DNA from: Promethearchaeota archaeon
GTDB taxonomy: Archaea; Asgardarchaeota; Lokiarchaeia; Sigyniarchaeales; SOKP01
Direction: 5' to 3'
Length of the DNA stretch: 64,000 bases
NCBI GenBank assembly: GCA_048940645.1
Contig: JBHLOI010000007.1
Coordinates: 28,648-92,647 of the forward strand
Shown: piece by piece, positions 1-8,788 of the stretch
Layout of the letters: the number at the start of each line of letters is the position of its first letter
How positions within the stretch are numbered: position 1 is the stretch's first letter
The notes under the pieces: generated by a model
Told to the model about the DNA's origin: nothing
Database searches by the model: none
Seen by the model: the letters and a program-made list of their open reading frames with translations, nothing else
Program-made: the position numbers and the translations under genes

Positions 1-234
1 TTTGGTCTCACCGTGAGCTCTATAATCGTATGATAAAACATAATAACCTGCTTTTGCGAATTTCTCAGAAAAAAATCGTACAAAATAGCTTTCCCTATGA
101 TCTAATAAACCTGCAAGATTAATGATAAAGGGAGCTTTTGGTGGAGTCTTTTCAGTAGAGTATATAGATGCTTTTAATTTAATATTATCGGATATTATCG
201 GTATATCAATATTTTCAATCTTTAATGCACTCAT
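1..234 (-). CDS. alpha/beta-hydrolase fold protein, N-terminal 78 codons (gene continues past the left edge)
   Basis: Own translation of minus strand from ATG at 232-234, open to base 1: MSALKIENIDIPIISDNIKLKASIYSTEKTPPKAPFIINLAGLLDHRESYFVRFFSEKFAKAGYYVLSYDYRAHGETK. The AGYxVxxxDxRxHGxT stretch is typical of the region before the nucleophile elbow of alpha/beta hydrolases. Not in the ORF track because no stop lies in the window. Confidence 0.5.
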   Translation of the reverse strand, partial: MSALKIENIDIPIISDNIKLKASIYSTEKTPPKAPFIINLAGLLDHRESYFVRFFSEKFAKAGYYVLSYDYRAHGETK

Positions 235-244
235 AATACTTAAC

Positions 245-691
245 CTACCCCTCTTTTTCTCTATATTTTTTTATTAATCCTTTTAGCGTTTTTACGGCTA
301 ATTCAGCACAATGCTTATGATCCTCGGGTAATCCATGTAAAGCTTTATCTAAATCTTCAGGAGTTAAATCTTCAGCGAATTTTAATGTATTTCCTTCTAT
401 TAGTAAGGTGGTTTGACTGCCAGCCGCTACAGATGCTCCACATCCATCAGTAATGAAATTAGCCTTCAGTATTTTACCATCTTCAACTTTTAAAAAGAAT
501 TGCATTAAATCACCACAGGATCCTCGAAAAGAGTTGGATAGGGTAATTTTCTCATTTGATGGTTTACCCCAATTAGGAGGATTATGAAATAATTTGACAA
601 TATACGGATTAAAATCTTCAAGTTCCTTTTCTATTATCTCTTGTTGAAGTTTATCAACAAAATCATCAAATTCATCTTTCTCATCGGTCAT
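245..691 (-). CDS. IscU/NifU-N-like Fe-S cluster scaffold protein
   Basis: Three scaffold cysteines in the expected contexts (GSCGD, TDGCGAS, HKHCAELA) and overall IscU/NifU_N layout. An acidic extension of about 40 aa precedes the domain. Confidence 0.8.
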   Translation of the reverse strand: MTDEKDEFDDFVDKLQQEIIEKELEDFNPYIVKLFHNPPNWGKPSNEKITLSNSFRGSCGDLMQFFLKVEDGKILKANFITDGCGASVAAGSQTTLLIEGNTLKFAEDLTPEDLDKALHGLPEDHKHCAELAVKTLKGLIKKYREKEG

Positions 692-692
692 T

Positions 693-977
693 TTATTGTT
701 TCTCTTTAAGATGATTTAAAACGTGGTCTTTTAATTTTTCCATTTTTTCACTATCTTCTGGTGTTTTATAATATTTATTTAAAACATTAAGGATATTTTC
801 ATTTATATCGTTATGCTCGGATATACAATCAGTTTGTTTCAAAAAATCTTCTCCATGTCTTTGAGCAGCAGTATTTTCAGTTACTTTAATTAGTTCTGTC
901 GCGATAACACAGTTTAAATAGATAAGATCTGATAGCATGTTCTTTATATACAATAATAATTTAATCTGGTCGGACAT
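693..977 (-). CDS. hypothetical 94-aa helical protein, translationally coupled to the IscU-like gene
   Basis: ORF ends 1 nt before the IscU-like start codon. No recognisable domain. Confidence 0.45.
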   Translation of the reverse strand: MSDQIKLLLYIKNMLSDLIYLNCVIATELIKVTENTAAQRHGEDFLKQTDCISEHNDINENILNVLNKYYKTPEDSEKMEKLKDHVLNHLKEKQ

Positions 978-1410
978 AATAACTAAAATATAATTCTTCT
1001 TTAATCTTTTTTTAAAAATCTATATAAAAATACTAGATTCAACAAAAATTTCAGAAAATAAAAATAATAAAAATTATAAAATAGAATAAAGTACCAATAA
1101 TCAAAGCTCCAATAAGTCCTATTCTGATTGAAAATGTTCTTTTTGCGTCTTTTGTGGTAATATCTTTCGGGAAGTTTTTTAAATTCTACAGATATTTAAA
1201 TGTTAATTTCTTTTTCTTGTTTTTAGTAGTTACGTTAACTCTTTATGCTACATTTAATACCATATGGCTCATTTAAGCGAAAAAGATACTAATTAAGAGA
1301 ATTTATGTCAAACAATAATGATTAATATAATTTTTACTTTTAAATTTAATAAAGCTTTAATTTTTACACTATTTAAGTTCGAGAAAAAAATGTTAAATTT
1401 TTGAAGTGAG

Positions 1411-1884
1411 ATGGATTATAAAGATTTTCATGATGGACTATTGTCATTATCTTTAATCTTATTTATTTTTTCAATTACATTTCTAATTGGTTCAATTGTT
1501 TTAAAACCCTTCATTGGATTAGAGCCATCCGATAGGGATTTCATTATAATTATCAGTATTGTAAATATAATATTTAGCATCTATTACATGATAGAGGCTC
1601 TAAGGTTAAATAAAATTTTCAAATTAGATAATGGATATATTATTAAATTTGGAAAAAGAATTGGAATTGTCTCTTTAATTTATATACCACAGATTTTTTT
1701 AATAAGTTCCTTACTCATCAGAAATTTACATAATTTACAAATTATGATGATAGGTCTTATTATTTTTATAGAAACTTTATTGCTGGGTGTGGTTTTTAAA
1801 GAAGTGTATGACCTCATCTTTAAAGAGGAAGCTGAAAGAAAATTTGAATTAAAAAAAAATCGCAAATTATATTTTGAGAGATAA
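1411..1884 (+). CDS. hypothetical integral membrane protein (about 4 TM)
   Basis: Long hydrophobic runs (LSLILFIFSITFLIGSIVL, IIIISIVNIIFSIYYMI, IFLISSLLI, MMIGLIIFIETLLLGVVF). AGTGAG RBS-like sequence just upstream of the ATG. Confidence 0.55.
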   Translation: MDYKDFHDGLLSLSLILFIFSITFLIGSIVLKPFIGLEPSDRDFIIIISIVNIIFSIYYMIEALRLNKIFKLDNGYIIKFGKRIGIVSLIYIPQIFLISSLLIRNLHNLQIMMIGLIIFIETLLLGVVFKEVYDLIFKEEAERKFELKKNRKLYFER

Positions 1885-1894
1885 AAAAAATTCC

Positions 1895-3136
1895 TTATTG
1901 TTTTGCTAATTTTTCAATTGCTGTATCAATCATTTTAAGTTTAGTAGAATATTTCTCCATAATTTCTGCAAATTTCTCAATATCAATCTCATTATTTTCT
2001 CTTAAAGATTTTAATTCATTAATCGTTCTTATTATTCCTGCTTTTTTATCATTTAATTTTTCTCGTTTACTATAAGGAATTTTCTGTTCTAATTTCTTCT
2101 TTTGAAATGATTTAAATCTTTTAATGTTTAAATCTTTGGGCACAAATTTGGTCAAATATACAATATTTTTGGGAACAAATGGAGCTAAATTTTCAGGGAT
2201 AATTACTATAGGTTCTGGATCCTGTATTTTTTTAATCTCCTCATAATCTAAAGATTCCACATTATTATTTTCCAGTAAATCCTTGACAATAGATAAATTT
2301 AGCTGAATACTATCCTGTTCTTCTTCTGATAAATAAGGTAAATCATTATACATGGCCTCCCAGATTTCTTCAGCCTTCTCATAATAAAAGTTAGCTTTTT
2401 GTTGCAGTTTTTGGACTTTTTCTTTATTTATTGTCGTGATTGATGATTCTAATGAAGCAATAGCCTTTAAATGGCATGCTTTCCCCATATCAAAATGAAA
2501 TTGAGCTCTTAACTGATGTCGTTTCTTTTCATCATGCTTCTTTAAATAAAAGATTCTCTTAGATAAAGCACTTAGACCTGCATAGAGTTTTGAGGCAAAA
2601 TAAACGTTATTTTTGTTTTCTTCTCTTAAAGCAGCGATGCTTTGCGCTAATACACGCGTTTCTTCCGAATTTAATTCAAGATGTTCGGGGCTTAGTGATT
2701 TACCGAGATCACTCTGTAGGACTACTGCTGTGCTGAAATAAGCCGCTGTTTTATAAATCTTACTGCTTTCAGACATAGCAACAACTGAATTCTCCCAATC
2801 TTCCTCATCCTCAAATCTTTCAGATAATTGAGAATAAGCTTTTGCTAAAACCGATAAAACACGAGCACATTCAAACATCAAATCTTTAATCTCAATTTCG
2901 CGCTTATTTTCAAGAGGATCTAAATAATAAGGAGTAATATCTAATTTTTTTATAATTTCAGATTGATTGTGATTTTGATAGTTAATATTTAATATTTTAG
3001 TATATTCTAATATCAGGTTCAAATCGTCCAAGCTAAAATGTTCTTCCTCTTTTTCTAAGGCATCTTCTAATTTTTTAATTTTAAAATGCAGATAACGTAT
3101 TCTCTGCAATGACTCTTCTGTAAAAAAAGTAGACAT
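1895..3136 (-). CDS. hypothetical helical protein; tentative Bro1/ALIX-like domain followed by a coiled-coil tail
   Basis: 413-aa soluble all-helical ORF. The motif series FECARVLSVLAKAYSQLS ... KIYKTAAYF ... SLSPEH ... VLAQS ... FASKL matches the order and spacing of the core of the ALIX Bro1 domain as I recall it. The C-terminal about 90 aa are lysine/glutamate-rich coiled coil. Confidence 0.4.
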   Translation of the reverse strand: MSTFFTEESLQRIRYLHFKIKKLEDALEKEEEHFSLDDLNLILEYTKILNINYQNHNQSEIIKKLDITPYYLDPLENKREIEIKDLMFECARVLSVLAKAYSQLSERFEDEEDWENSVVAMSESSKIYKTAAYFSTAVVLQSDLGKSLSPEHLELNSEETRVLAQSIAALREENKNNVYFASKLYAGLSALSKRIFYLKKHDEKKRHQLRAQFHFDMGKACHLKAIASLESSITTINKEKVQKLQQKANFYYEKAEEIWEAMYNDLPYLSEEEQDSIQLNLSIVKDLLENNNVESLDYEEIKKIQDPEPIVIIPENLAPFVPKNIVYLTKFVPKDLNIKRFKSFQKKKLEQKIPYSKREKLNDKKAGIIRTINELKSLRENNEIDIEKFAEIMEKYSTKLKMIDTAIEKLAKQ

Positions 3137-3272
3137 AATCTTTTTCAGTAGTTTTTTTGTTAAATTTGAGTTAATTAAGATTATTAAATCATCATTTTAA
3201 AACTAATCTATAAAAACTTTTTAATTACAGCTAAATTTATAAAATTCTGAGTTAAAATTTTATAAATAAATA

Positions 3273-4592
3273 ATGAATAAAAATACAATTTTTATCATTG
3301 AATTTGTTTCTGGAGGGGGATTCAATCAAGTTGAGATTCCTGCCTCTCTCTTTGCTGAAGGATTTGGCATGCTAAGATCTATTATTGCTGATTTTAAGAA
3401 TTTAGATTATGAAATTGAAACTCTTTTAGATTTTAGAATCCATTTTTTATCAAGGTATTTAAACGCTGACTTCATTAACATTATCCAAAATTCAGATAAT
3501 TTTTGTGCTAAATTTAAGGAATGTATTAAAAAAAGTAAATTTTGCTTTATTATTGCTCCAGAATTCTTAAATATTCTTTTTAACCTTACAAAAATTGCAT
3601 TAGATAACGATAGGATTGTTTTAAGTGTTGGTTTAAAAGGGATTATATTGGGTTCTTCAAAATTAAAAACCTATAATTTTTTAAAAGAGAAGAAAATTTG
3701 CACTCCAATAACTTTTTTAGTACCTTATAAACAAGGTAGATTTGATATTGAGTTCATAATTAGAAAACTGAATGAATTTGATGCCCCAATCATAATAAAG
3801 CCTGAAGATGGAGTTGGAGCAGAATCAATCTACTATTTTGAGAATGAAAGTCAAATTATAAAGTTTTTCAATCAATCTACAGATCTTTTTGACTATTCCA
3901 GAAGATATATCCTACAAGAATTCATTGAAGGTGTTGACTTGAGTGTTTCAGTAATAGGAAATAACAATCCAAATAAATTATCTAAGAGCTCTCCAATCAT
4001 AATAGGTATTAATCATCAACATATTGTCATAAAGGATTCCCATCACGAGTCAAAATATTTGGGAGGTTATACACCCGTAGAGAATTGGGAAGATATAGCG
4101 CTCTCTTTAAAAAAGAATTTCGAAAAGCTGAATTTTTCATACTTTAATGGATATTTTGGTATAGATTTTATCCAAAAACAGGAGAAATTATTAAGTTTCG
4201 TCGAGATCAATCCAAGATTAACCACTTCATATATAGGAATTAGAAATGTTGTTAGACAAAACTTAATGGAAATTATCTTAAATTTTGATGAAAATGATTT
4301 TGATTTATACAAAAATAAATTCCGTAAATTTTCAAAATTTGGTCCTTTAAATCTAGAATATACTGGAATAGATTCTTTTGAAAATGTGAGTAAAATTATC
4401 ATTCCTAAAATGATAAATGATCTTCCTGAAATAGTTACACCCCCAATAAAGCTTAATAGTGATGATAAAACTCAAAAAGATTATTATATTTGTTTTATTG
4501 CTACAAAAACTAAAGATCTTCCCTCATCTGAAAGGAGAATTAACAAGATTAAAAAGGTATTAAAAAAGAATGAATTTAATATTATTAAATAG
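3273..4592 (+). CDS. ATP-grasp family ligase (MfnD-like architecture)
   Basis: Pre-ATP-grasp N-terminus (IIEFVSGGGF...EGFGMLRS). ATP-grasp core (IIIKPEDGVGAESIYYF, ILQEFIEG, FVEINPRLTTSYIG). Confidence 0.65.
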   Translation: MNKNTIFIIEFVSGGGFNQVEIPASLFAEGFGMLRSIIADFKNLDYEIETLLDFRIHFLSRYLNADFINIIQNSDNFCAKFKECIKKSKFCFIIAPEFLNILFNLTKIALDNDRIVLSVGLKGIILGSSKLKTYNFLKEKKICTPITFLVPYKQGRFDIEFIIRKLNEFDAPIIIKPEDGVGAESIYYFENESQIIKFFNQSTDLFDYSRRYILQEFIEGVDLSVSVIGNNNPNKLSKSSPIIIGINHQHIVIKDSHHESKYLGGYTPVENWEDIALSLKKNFEKLNFSYFNGYFGIDFIQKQEKLLSFVEINPRLTTSYIGIRNVVRQNLMEIILNFDENDFDLYKNKFRKFSKFGPLNLEYTGIDSFENVSKIIIPKMINDLPEIVTPPIKLNSDDKTQKDYYICFIATKTKDLPSSERRINKIKKVLKKNEFNIIK

Positions 4593-5433
4593 ATAAAGCT
4601 AATATAATTGAAAATCCACCGTAATGTATCAGTAAAGAGATAATCAATGCATTCTCAACTTTTAAATGCTTATTTATGATTAAATTATATGTTAGAAGCC
4701 ATAATGCCCATACTTGAAATATGATCATTAATACATTATCCAAAATACTTATAACCGAATAATCTAATAGATCTAATTCCTTAAATATGTAATGAATTGC
4801 TAAATATATTATGGTTGGATAAAATATAAGACTAAAAGACAATAACAATTTAATAGAATTCTCACTTTTCTTATAAAAGAGACGACAGATTAATTCATTT
4901 ATACAATAATATAGTAGAAAGTTTATAATAAAAAACATATTAAAAAATATCTGTAAACTTAAATTACTTGTTTGAAAAGATTGGAATAGATTGGTAAAAA
5001 ATAATAAGATTGGAAATAAGTCATTTAAGTTACAAAAAATTAACCCCAAAATTAAAAGGCCTATCGAAAAAATAACCGTATAGATTTTATAACCTTTCTC
5101 ATAGTTAATAATTTTTTTTGGAGTTAAAAACATTAAACTTTTTAATATAGGAGAATTGAATTCTTTTTTTGAGAAATCGGGAGAAATAATGCTTTCAATA
5201 CTATCTTGTAATGAATCATAAGCATGCTGCCCTAATTCTGTTAAATAATACTTCTTATCTTTTCTTTGTTCAATTAATTGAGACAATGCATCTAAATGAT
5301 GATAAATTGTACCAGTGCTGACTTTTAATTGTTTTTTAAGTGTAGTAAAAGAAGAAAATCCATTGTCCCCAATAATTTTTATAATTCTTCTTCTAAGATC
5401 ATGTCCTAATGCGTAATAAAAGTTGGATTCCAA
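4585..5433 (-). CDS. ArsR-type winged-helix domain fused to a polytopic membrane domain
   Basis: N-terminus YYALGHDLRRRIIKIIGDNGFSSFTTLKKQLKVSTGTIYHHLDALSQ is an ArsR/SmtB-like wHTH. The C-terminal about 180 aa are hydrophobic (5-6 TM). Confidence 0.6.
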   Translation of the reverse strand: MESNFYYALGHDLRRRIIKIIGDNGFSSFTTLKKQLKVSTGTIYHHLDALSQLIEQRKDKKYYLTELGQHAYDSLQDSIESIISPDFSKKEFNSPILKSLMFLTPKKIINYEKGYKIYTVIFSIGLLILGLIFCNLNDLFPILLFFTNLFQSFQTSNLSLQIFFNMFFIINFLLYYCINELICRLFYKKSENSIKLLLSFSLIFYPTIIYLAIHYIFKELDLLDYSVISILDNVLMIIFQVWALWLLTYNLIINKHLKVENALIISLLIHYGGFSIILALSI

Positions 5434-5483
5434 ATTTCCAGAATCATTGTTATCTAAATTTTCTTTTTCGTTTTCTTTAATTT

Positions 5484-5906
5484 TTAACTCCCTTCTTTGG
5501 ATTTTTCTTTTGTTAAAAGGATATTTAAATTATGAAAAAAGATAAGAATAGCACCTGCTATAGACATATAAAAACCAATACCTGCGCTCTGGATATAAGC
5601 TATCTCTTGAGGAATTAATTCAAAAATAAAAATCAAAAAGAAACCAAATCCCACAAAATTAATGATTACCGAATTTATTCGATATTCTAATTTAAAATAT
5701 ATTAATAAAGTAGCTATTAAACATATACTACCACTGATTAAAGGAAATAGATATAAAAATGCATTTGAAATATCCACAGATATAGCTATTAAATATCTCT
5801 CCATTAATGAGTATCCAGAAAACCACGAAAAAAACTGAGATATAATCAATAAAATTGACCCTGTTAGCCCTAACAACCTATAATCAAAATTAGATTTGAT
5901 GTTCAT
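5484..5906 (-). CDS. hypothetical integral membrane protein (4 TM)
   Basis: 140-aa ORF made almost entirely of hydrophobic segments. Same strand as, and downstream of, the gap after the HTH-membrane gene. Confidence 0.5.
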   Translation of the reverse strand: MNIKSNFDYRLLGLTGSILLIISQFFSWFSGYSLMERYLIAISVDISNAFLYLFPLISGSICLIATLLIYFKLEYRINSVIINFVGFGFFLIFIFELIPQEIAYIQSAGIGFYMSIAGAILIFFHNLNILLTKEKSKEGS

Positions 5907-6026
5907 ATACCATTCTCGATATTTGATTTTTCATACATAAACATTCAAATAGTATAAAAATAAATATTAATATTAATTTATTTCTTAATTCTCAACTCAA
6001 AATTAATTGCTGTTTTTTGAAAAATC

Positions 6027-7352
6027 ATGTCTGTTCAAGAAGAACAAGTAGATATGGATTCAGTCGCATTGTTCGATTACTTAAAACAAGAAATCCCAGT
6101 CGATGATTTGAAGAATTATGCCTCCCCAAAACGGATTCGAAGCATAGATTTCGTAAAAGGATTAGCTATAGTCATGATACTCATGGCTCACACAAGCAGT
6201 GCCTGGTTAGATAGCCAATGGATATATCTTTATGGGATGATGTACGCTCTACTTGATTTTCTCGGACCCTCCCTGTTTGTGTTTCTTTCAGCTCTTAGTG
6301 TTATCTTTAGCGTCAAAAGAAAGCAAGGCGTTGTACCAGATAAAGTTATTAGAAATGGGATTGTTACCCGAGGTATCGTCATAATGGTGATAGGGATATT
6401 GTTTAATCTTCCAACGGTTTTCCTTTTTAACAAACCAGACTGGATTTGGAACTGGAATATCTTGGTATTCATTGGTTTTTCACAGATTGTCTCACTTTAC
6501 GCTTTAAAGTTAGGTAAAGCGACAAGAGGAATTATCGGGACCTTCATTATTTTTACATCGGATGCAATAAGACAATACCTTTTTGATGGAAAAGTAGCTG
6601 GGAATACATTCCTCTCAATTATTCATTATATTGTAGTTTCACCAGCTCCAATGACGCCTTTAATTCCGTTCTTATCCATATGCTTTATTTCAACTATTTT
6701 TGGTGAATATCTCTATGCTGCAATGATTGACGGAACTAAACAAGCCTATACAGTTCTTTTTAGAATATTTCTTTTCTGGGGTATTTGTCTTATTGGTTTG
6801 GGTATGATCTATCCTTTTATTCTTGGAACCCCCTTACAAACAACTGCAACTTTATCTGCTGTAGATTATCCCTTTTTAGACTTGCTTAGATTAGCAAACT
6901 CTCAAACATTTACGAGTTTTAAATTTCCTGGAATGCCTGATTTCTTAATTAGAGGCAGATCCTCAAACATGTGCTATAATTTAGGATGGGCTTTACTTAT
7001 AATTGCAATCTTTTTTTACTATATCGATATTAAAGATAAAGATAATAGTTTTATTAGGATGCTTGTATATTATGGTAAAGTTTCTCTAAGTCTATTTCTT
7101 GTACATTGGGCATTTATTAGCCTTTTCGTAGGTTATTTTAATATCTTGTTCTTTATATTTATATGGCTTGGTTTCACTGGTTTAATGGGCTTTTTGATGT
7201 ACATTTGGATAGAGTTTGCAAATGGGGTTGGAAGTCCTGAATGGATAATGGTACAAATCAGTAGAATAGGGCAAAAAACAACACATGCAGTAAAAAAAGA
7301 AACACATCTCATTGTAGAGAAAATTAAGAAAGAACATGAGGATAAATCCTAA
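6027..7352 (+). CDS. DUF1624/HGSNAT-like membrane acyltransferase family protein
   Basis: The RIRSIDFVKGLAIVMILMAHT opening motif followed by about 10 TM segments is characteristic of the heparan-alpha-glucosaminide N-acetyltransferase-like family. Confidence 0.55.
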   Translation: MSVQEEQVDMDSVALFDYLKQEIPVDDLKNYASPKRIRSIDFVKGLAIVMILMAHTSSAWLDSQWIYLYGMMYALLDFLGPSLFVFLSALSVIFSVKRKQGVVPDKVIRNGIVTRGIVIMVIGILFNLPTVFLFNKPDWIWNWNILVFIGFSQIVSLYALKLGKATRGIIGTFIIFTSDAIRQYLFDGKVAGNTFLSIIHYIVVSPAPMTPLIPFLSICFISTIFGEYLYAAMIDGTKQAYTVLFRIFLFWGICLIGLGMIYPFILGTPLQTTATLSAVDYPFLDLLRLANSQTFTSFKFPGMPDFLIRGRSSNMCYNLGWALLIIAIFFYYIDIKDKDNSFIRMLVYYGKVSLSLFLVHWAFISLFVGYFNILFFIFIWLGFTGLMGFLMYIWIEFANGVGSPEWIMVQISRIGQKTTHAVKKETHLIVEKIKKEHEDKS

Positions 7353-7589
7353 TTAACTATAACTCTTTTTTCTTATAAGTAAGAGTAATAATGTATAGAA
7401 ATTTTAAACAAAATACATACAACTAATATTCGATATCGGATTAAATGCTTTCTAGTCGCATTTAATGCTAAACATATAAATACCTATAATATAATATATC
7501 AAATATACAAAGGCATTTTTGTATTTAATAAAAATATAAGGCCTAGAAGTAACCATTTTTATAACTTAACTTTAAAAATATTGATTAAA

Positions 7590-8114
7590 ATGGAAAAGGA
7601 TACATTTAAATTTAAGATTACTCTTTTTGGGGCGGGTGGAGTTGGTAAAACCTCCCTATTGATTAGATATATAAAGGATTATTTTAATCCAGAATTGAAA
7701 CAAACAATCGGTTCAAATTTTTTAATAAAAGATGTAGAAATTGAAAATACAAATGTTAGATTACTCCTTTGGGATATTGGTGGTCAGGAACAATTTAGTA
7801 AGCTTCGACAAATCTATTTCAAGGGGAGTAATGGGGCTTTCGGCGTATATGACGTTACAAGTCAACCTTCCTTATTAAAACTTCCTGGTTGGATAAGTAG
7901 TATTAAAAAGTCAGTAAAAAAGTCAATTCCAATGATAATAGTTGGTAATAAAACCGATTTAGAACGCCAAGTAGAGAGATCAGAGGCAGAAGATTTGGTA
8001 AAAAGACTTAATTGCTGTGATTATTTAGAAACTTCTGCTAAAACAGGAGAAAATGTAGAACCAGCTTTTAAAAGGATTGCACAAGCATGTTTAGAAAGTG
8101 TGAAAGAAGAGTAA
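7590..8114 (+). CDS. Rab/Ras-like small GTPase
   Basis: All five G boxes are present: G1 GAGGVGKTS, G2 QTIGSNF, G3 WDIGGQE, G4 GNKTDL, G5 ETSAKTG. No C-terminal prenylation motif. ATG at 7590 preferred over the TTG at 7581 used in the ORF track. Confidence 0.85.
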   Translation: MEKDTFKFKITLFGAGGVGKTSLLIRYIKDYFNPELKQTIGSNFLIKDVEIENTNVRLLLWDIGGQEQFSKLRQIYFKGSNGAFGVYDVTSQPSLLKLPGWISSIKKSVKKSIPMIIVGNKTDLERQVERSEAEDLVKRLNCCDYLETSAKTGENVEPAFKRIAQACLESVKEE

Positions 8115-8141
8115 TAATTATGCTGTAGTTAATAATGATGC

Positions 8142-8765
8142 CTATTTTAATTTGATACTATAAATTTGAAGATCTTTTTTTAATTTTTCAATATTGCTAA
8201 ATCTGAGTGCTTTTATTCCAGCTTCCTCAGCAGCTTTGACATTATTTAAACCATCATCAATGAATAGAATTTCTTTTGATTTACATTTTGCTTTTGCAAT
8301 AGCTAATTGAAATATCGCAGGATCTGGTTTAGTCATTTGAATTTCATGCGATAGGATAAAATCATCAAATAAATTCCATATATCCCAGTTTTGTTTTTTT
8401 AAATATTTCCAATGACTCACATTAATATTTGACATACACATTAATTTTACGTGATTAACTTTCTTAATAGTTTTTATTAAATCCAGCATTTCCAAATTGA
8501 TGTCTGCTATAATACTGTTAAAAGCATTATAGAAGGCTTTTTGATCCAATGAACATACTTGAAGTAACTCACATGCTAATTGATAAAATTCCTCTTTAGT
8601 TATTTTACCCTGATGAAATGTATCAGATTGACGGAAAAATTCCAACATTATGGGAGTGCTTGTTTTATTTAATGGAGATGGAGTGATAACTTCATTAAAA
8701 AACCGACTGAAATCAAGCTCTACAATAACTCCTCCTAGATCAAAAATTATACATTTAATTGCCAT
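8142..8765 (-). CDS. HAD-superfamily phosphatase, YihX-like (subfamily IA)
   Basis: Motif I IIFDLGGVIV, cap domain, MSNIN (motif II), KPDPAIF (motif III), LFIDDGLNNV (motif IV). Collinear with sugar-phosphate phosphatase YihX. Confidence 0.8.
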   Translation of the reverse strand: MAIKCIIFDLGGVIVELDFSRFFNEVITPSPLNKTSTPIMLEFFRQSDTFHQGKITKEEFYQLACELLQVCSLDQKAFYNAFNSIIADINLEMLDLIKTIKKVNHVKLMCMSNINVSHWKYLKKQNWDIWNLFDDFILSHEIQMTKPDPAIFQLAIAKAKCKSKEILFIDDGLNNVKAAEEAGIKALRFSNIEKLKKDLQIYSIKLK

Positions 8766-8788
8766 AATATTCTCAATTTAGATAAAAA

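Noticed and set aside
1060-1200. Minus-strand frame encoding a plausible small TM peptide (...KDITTKDAKRTFSIRIGLIGALIIGTLFYFIIFIIFIF) in the 430-bp spacer.
   Set aside because: There is no ATG/GTG/TTG start after the upstream in-frame stop, and no RBS. It is probably chance hydrophobic coding in T-rich DNA.
7440-7466. 9-bp hairpin ATTAAATGC-tttctagtc-GCATTTAAT in the leader of the small GTPase gene.
   Set aside because: It is an AT-rich stem of low stability with no accompanying motif. It is noted under the GTPase finding but not called as a regulatory element.
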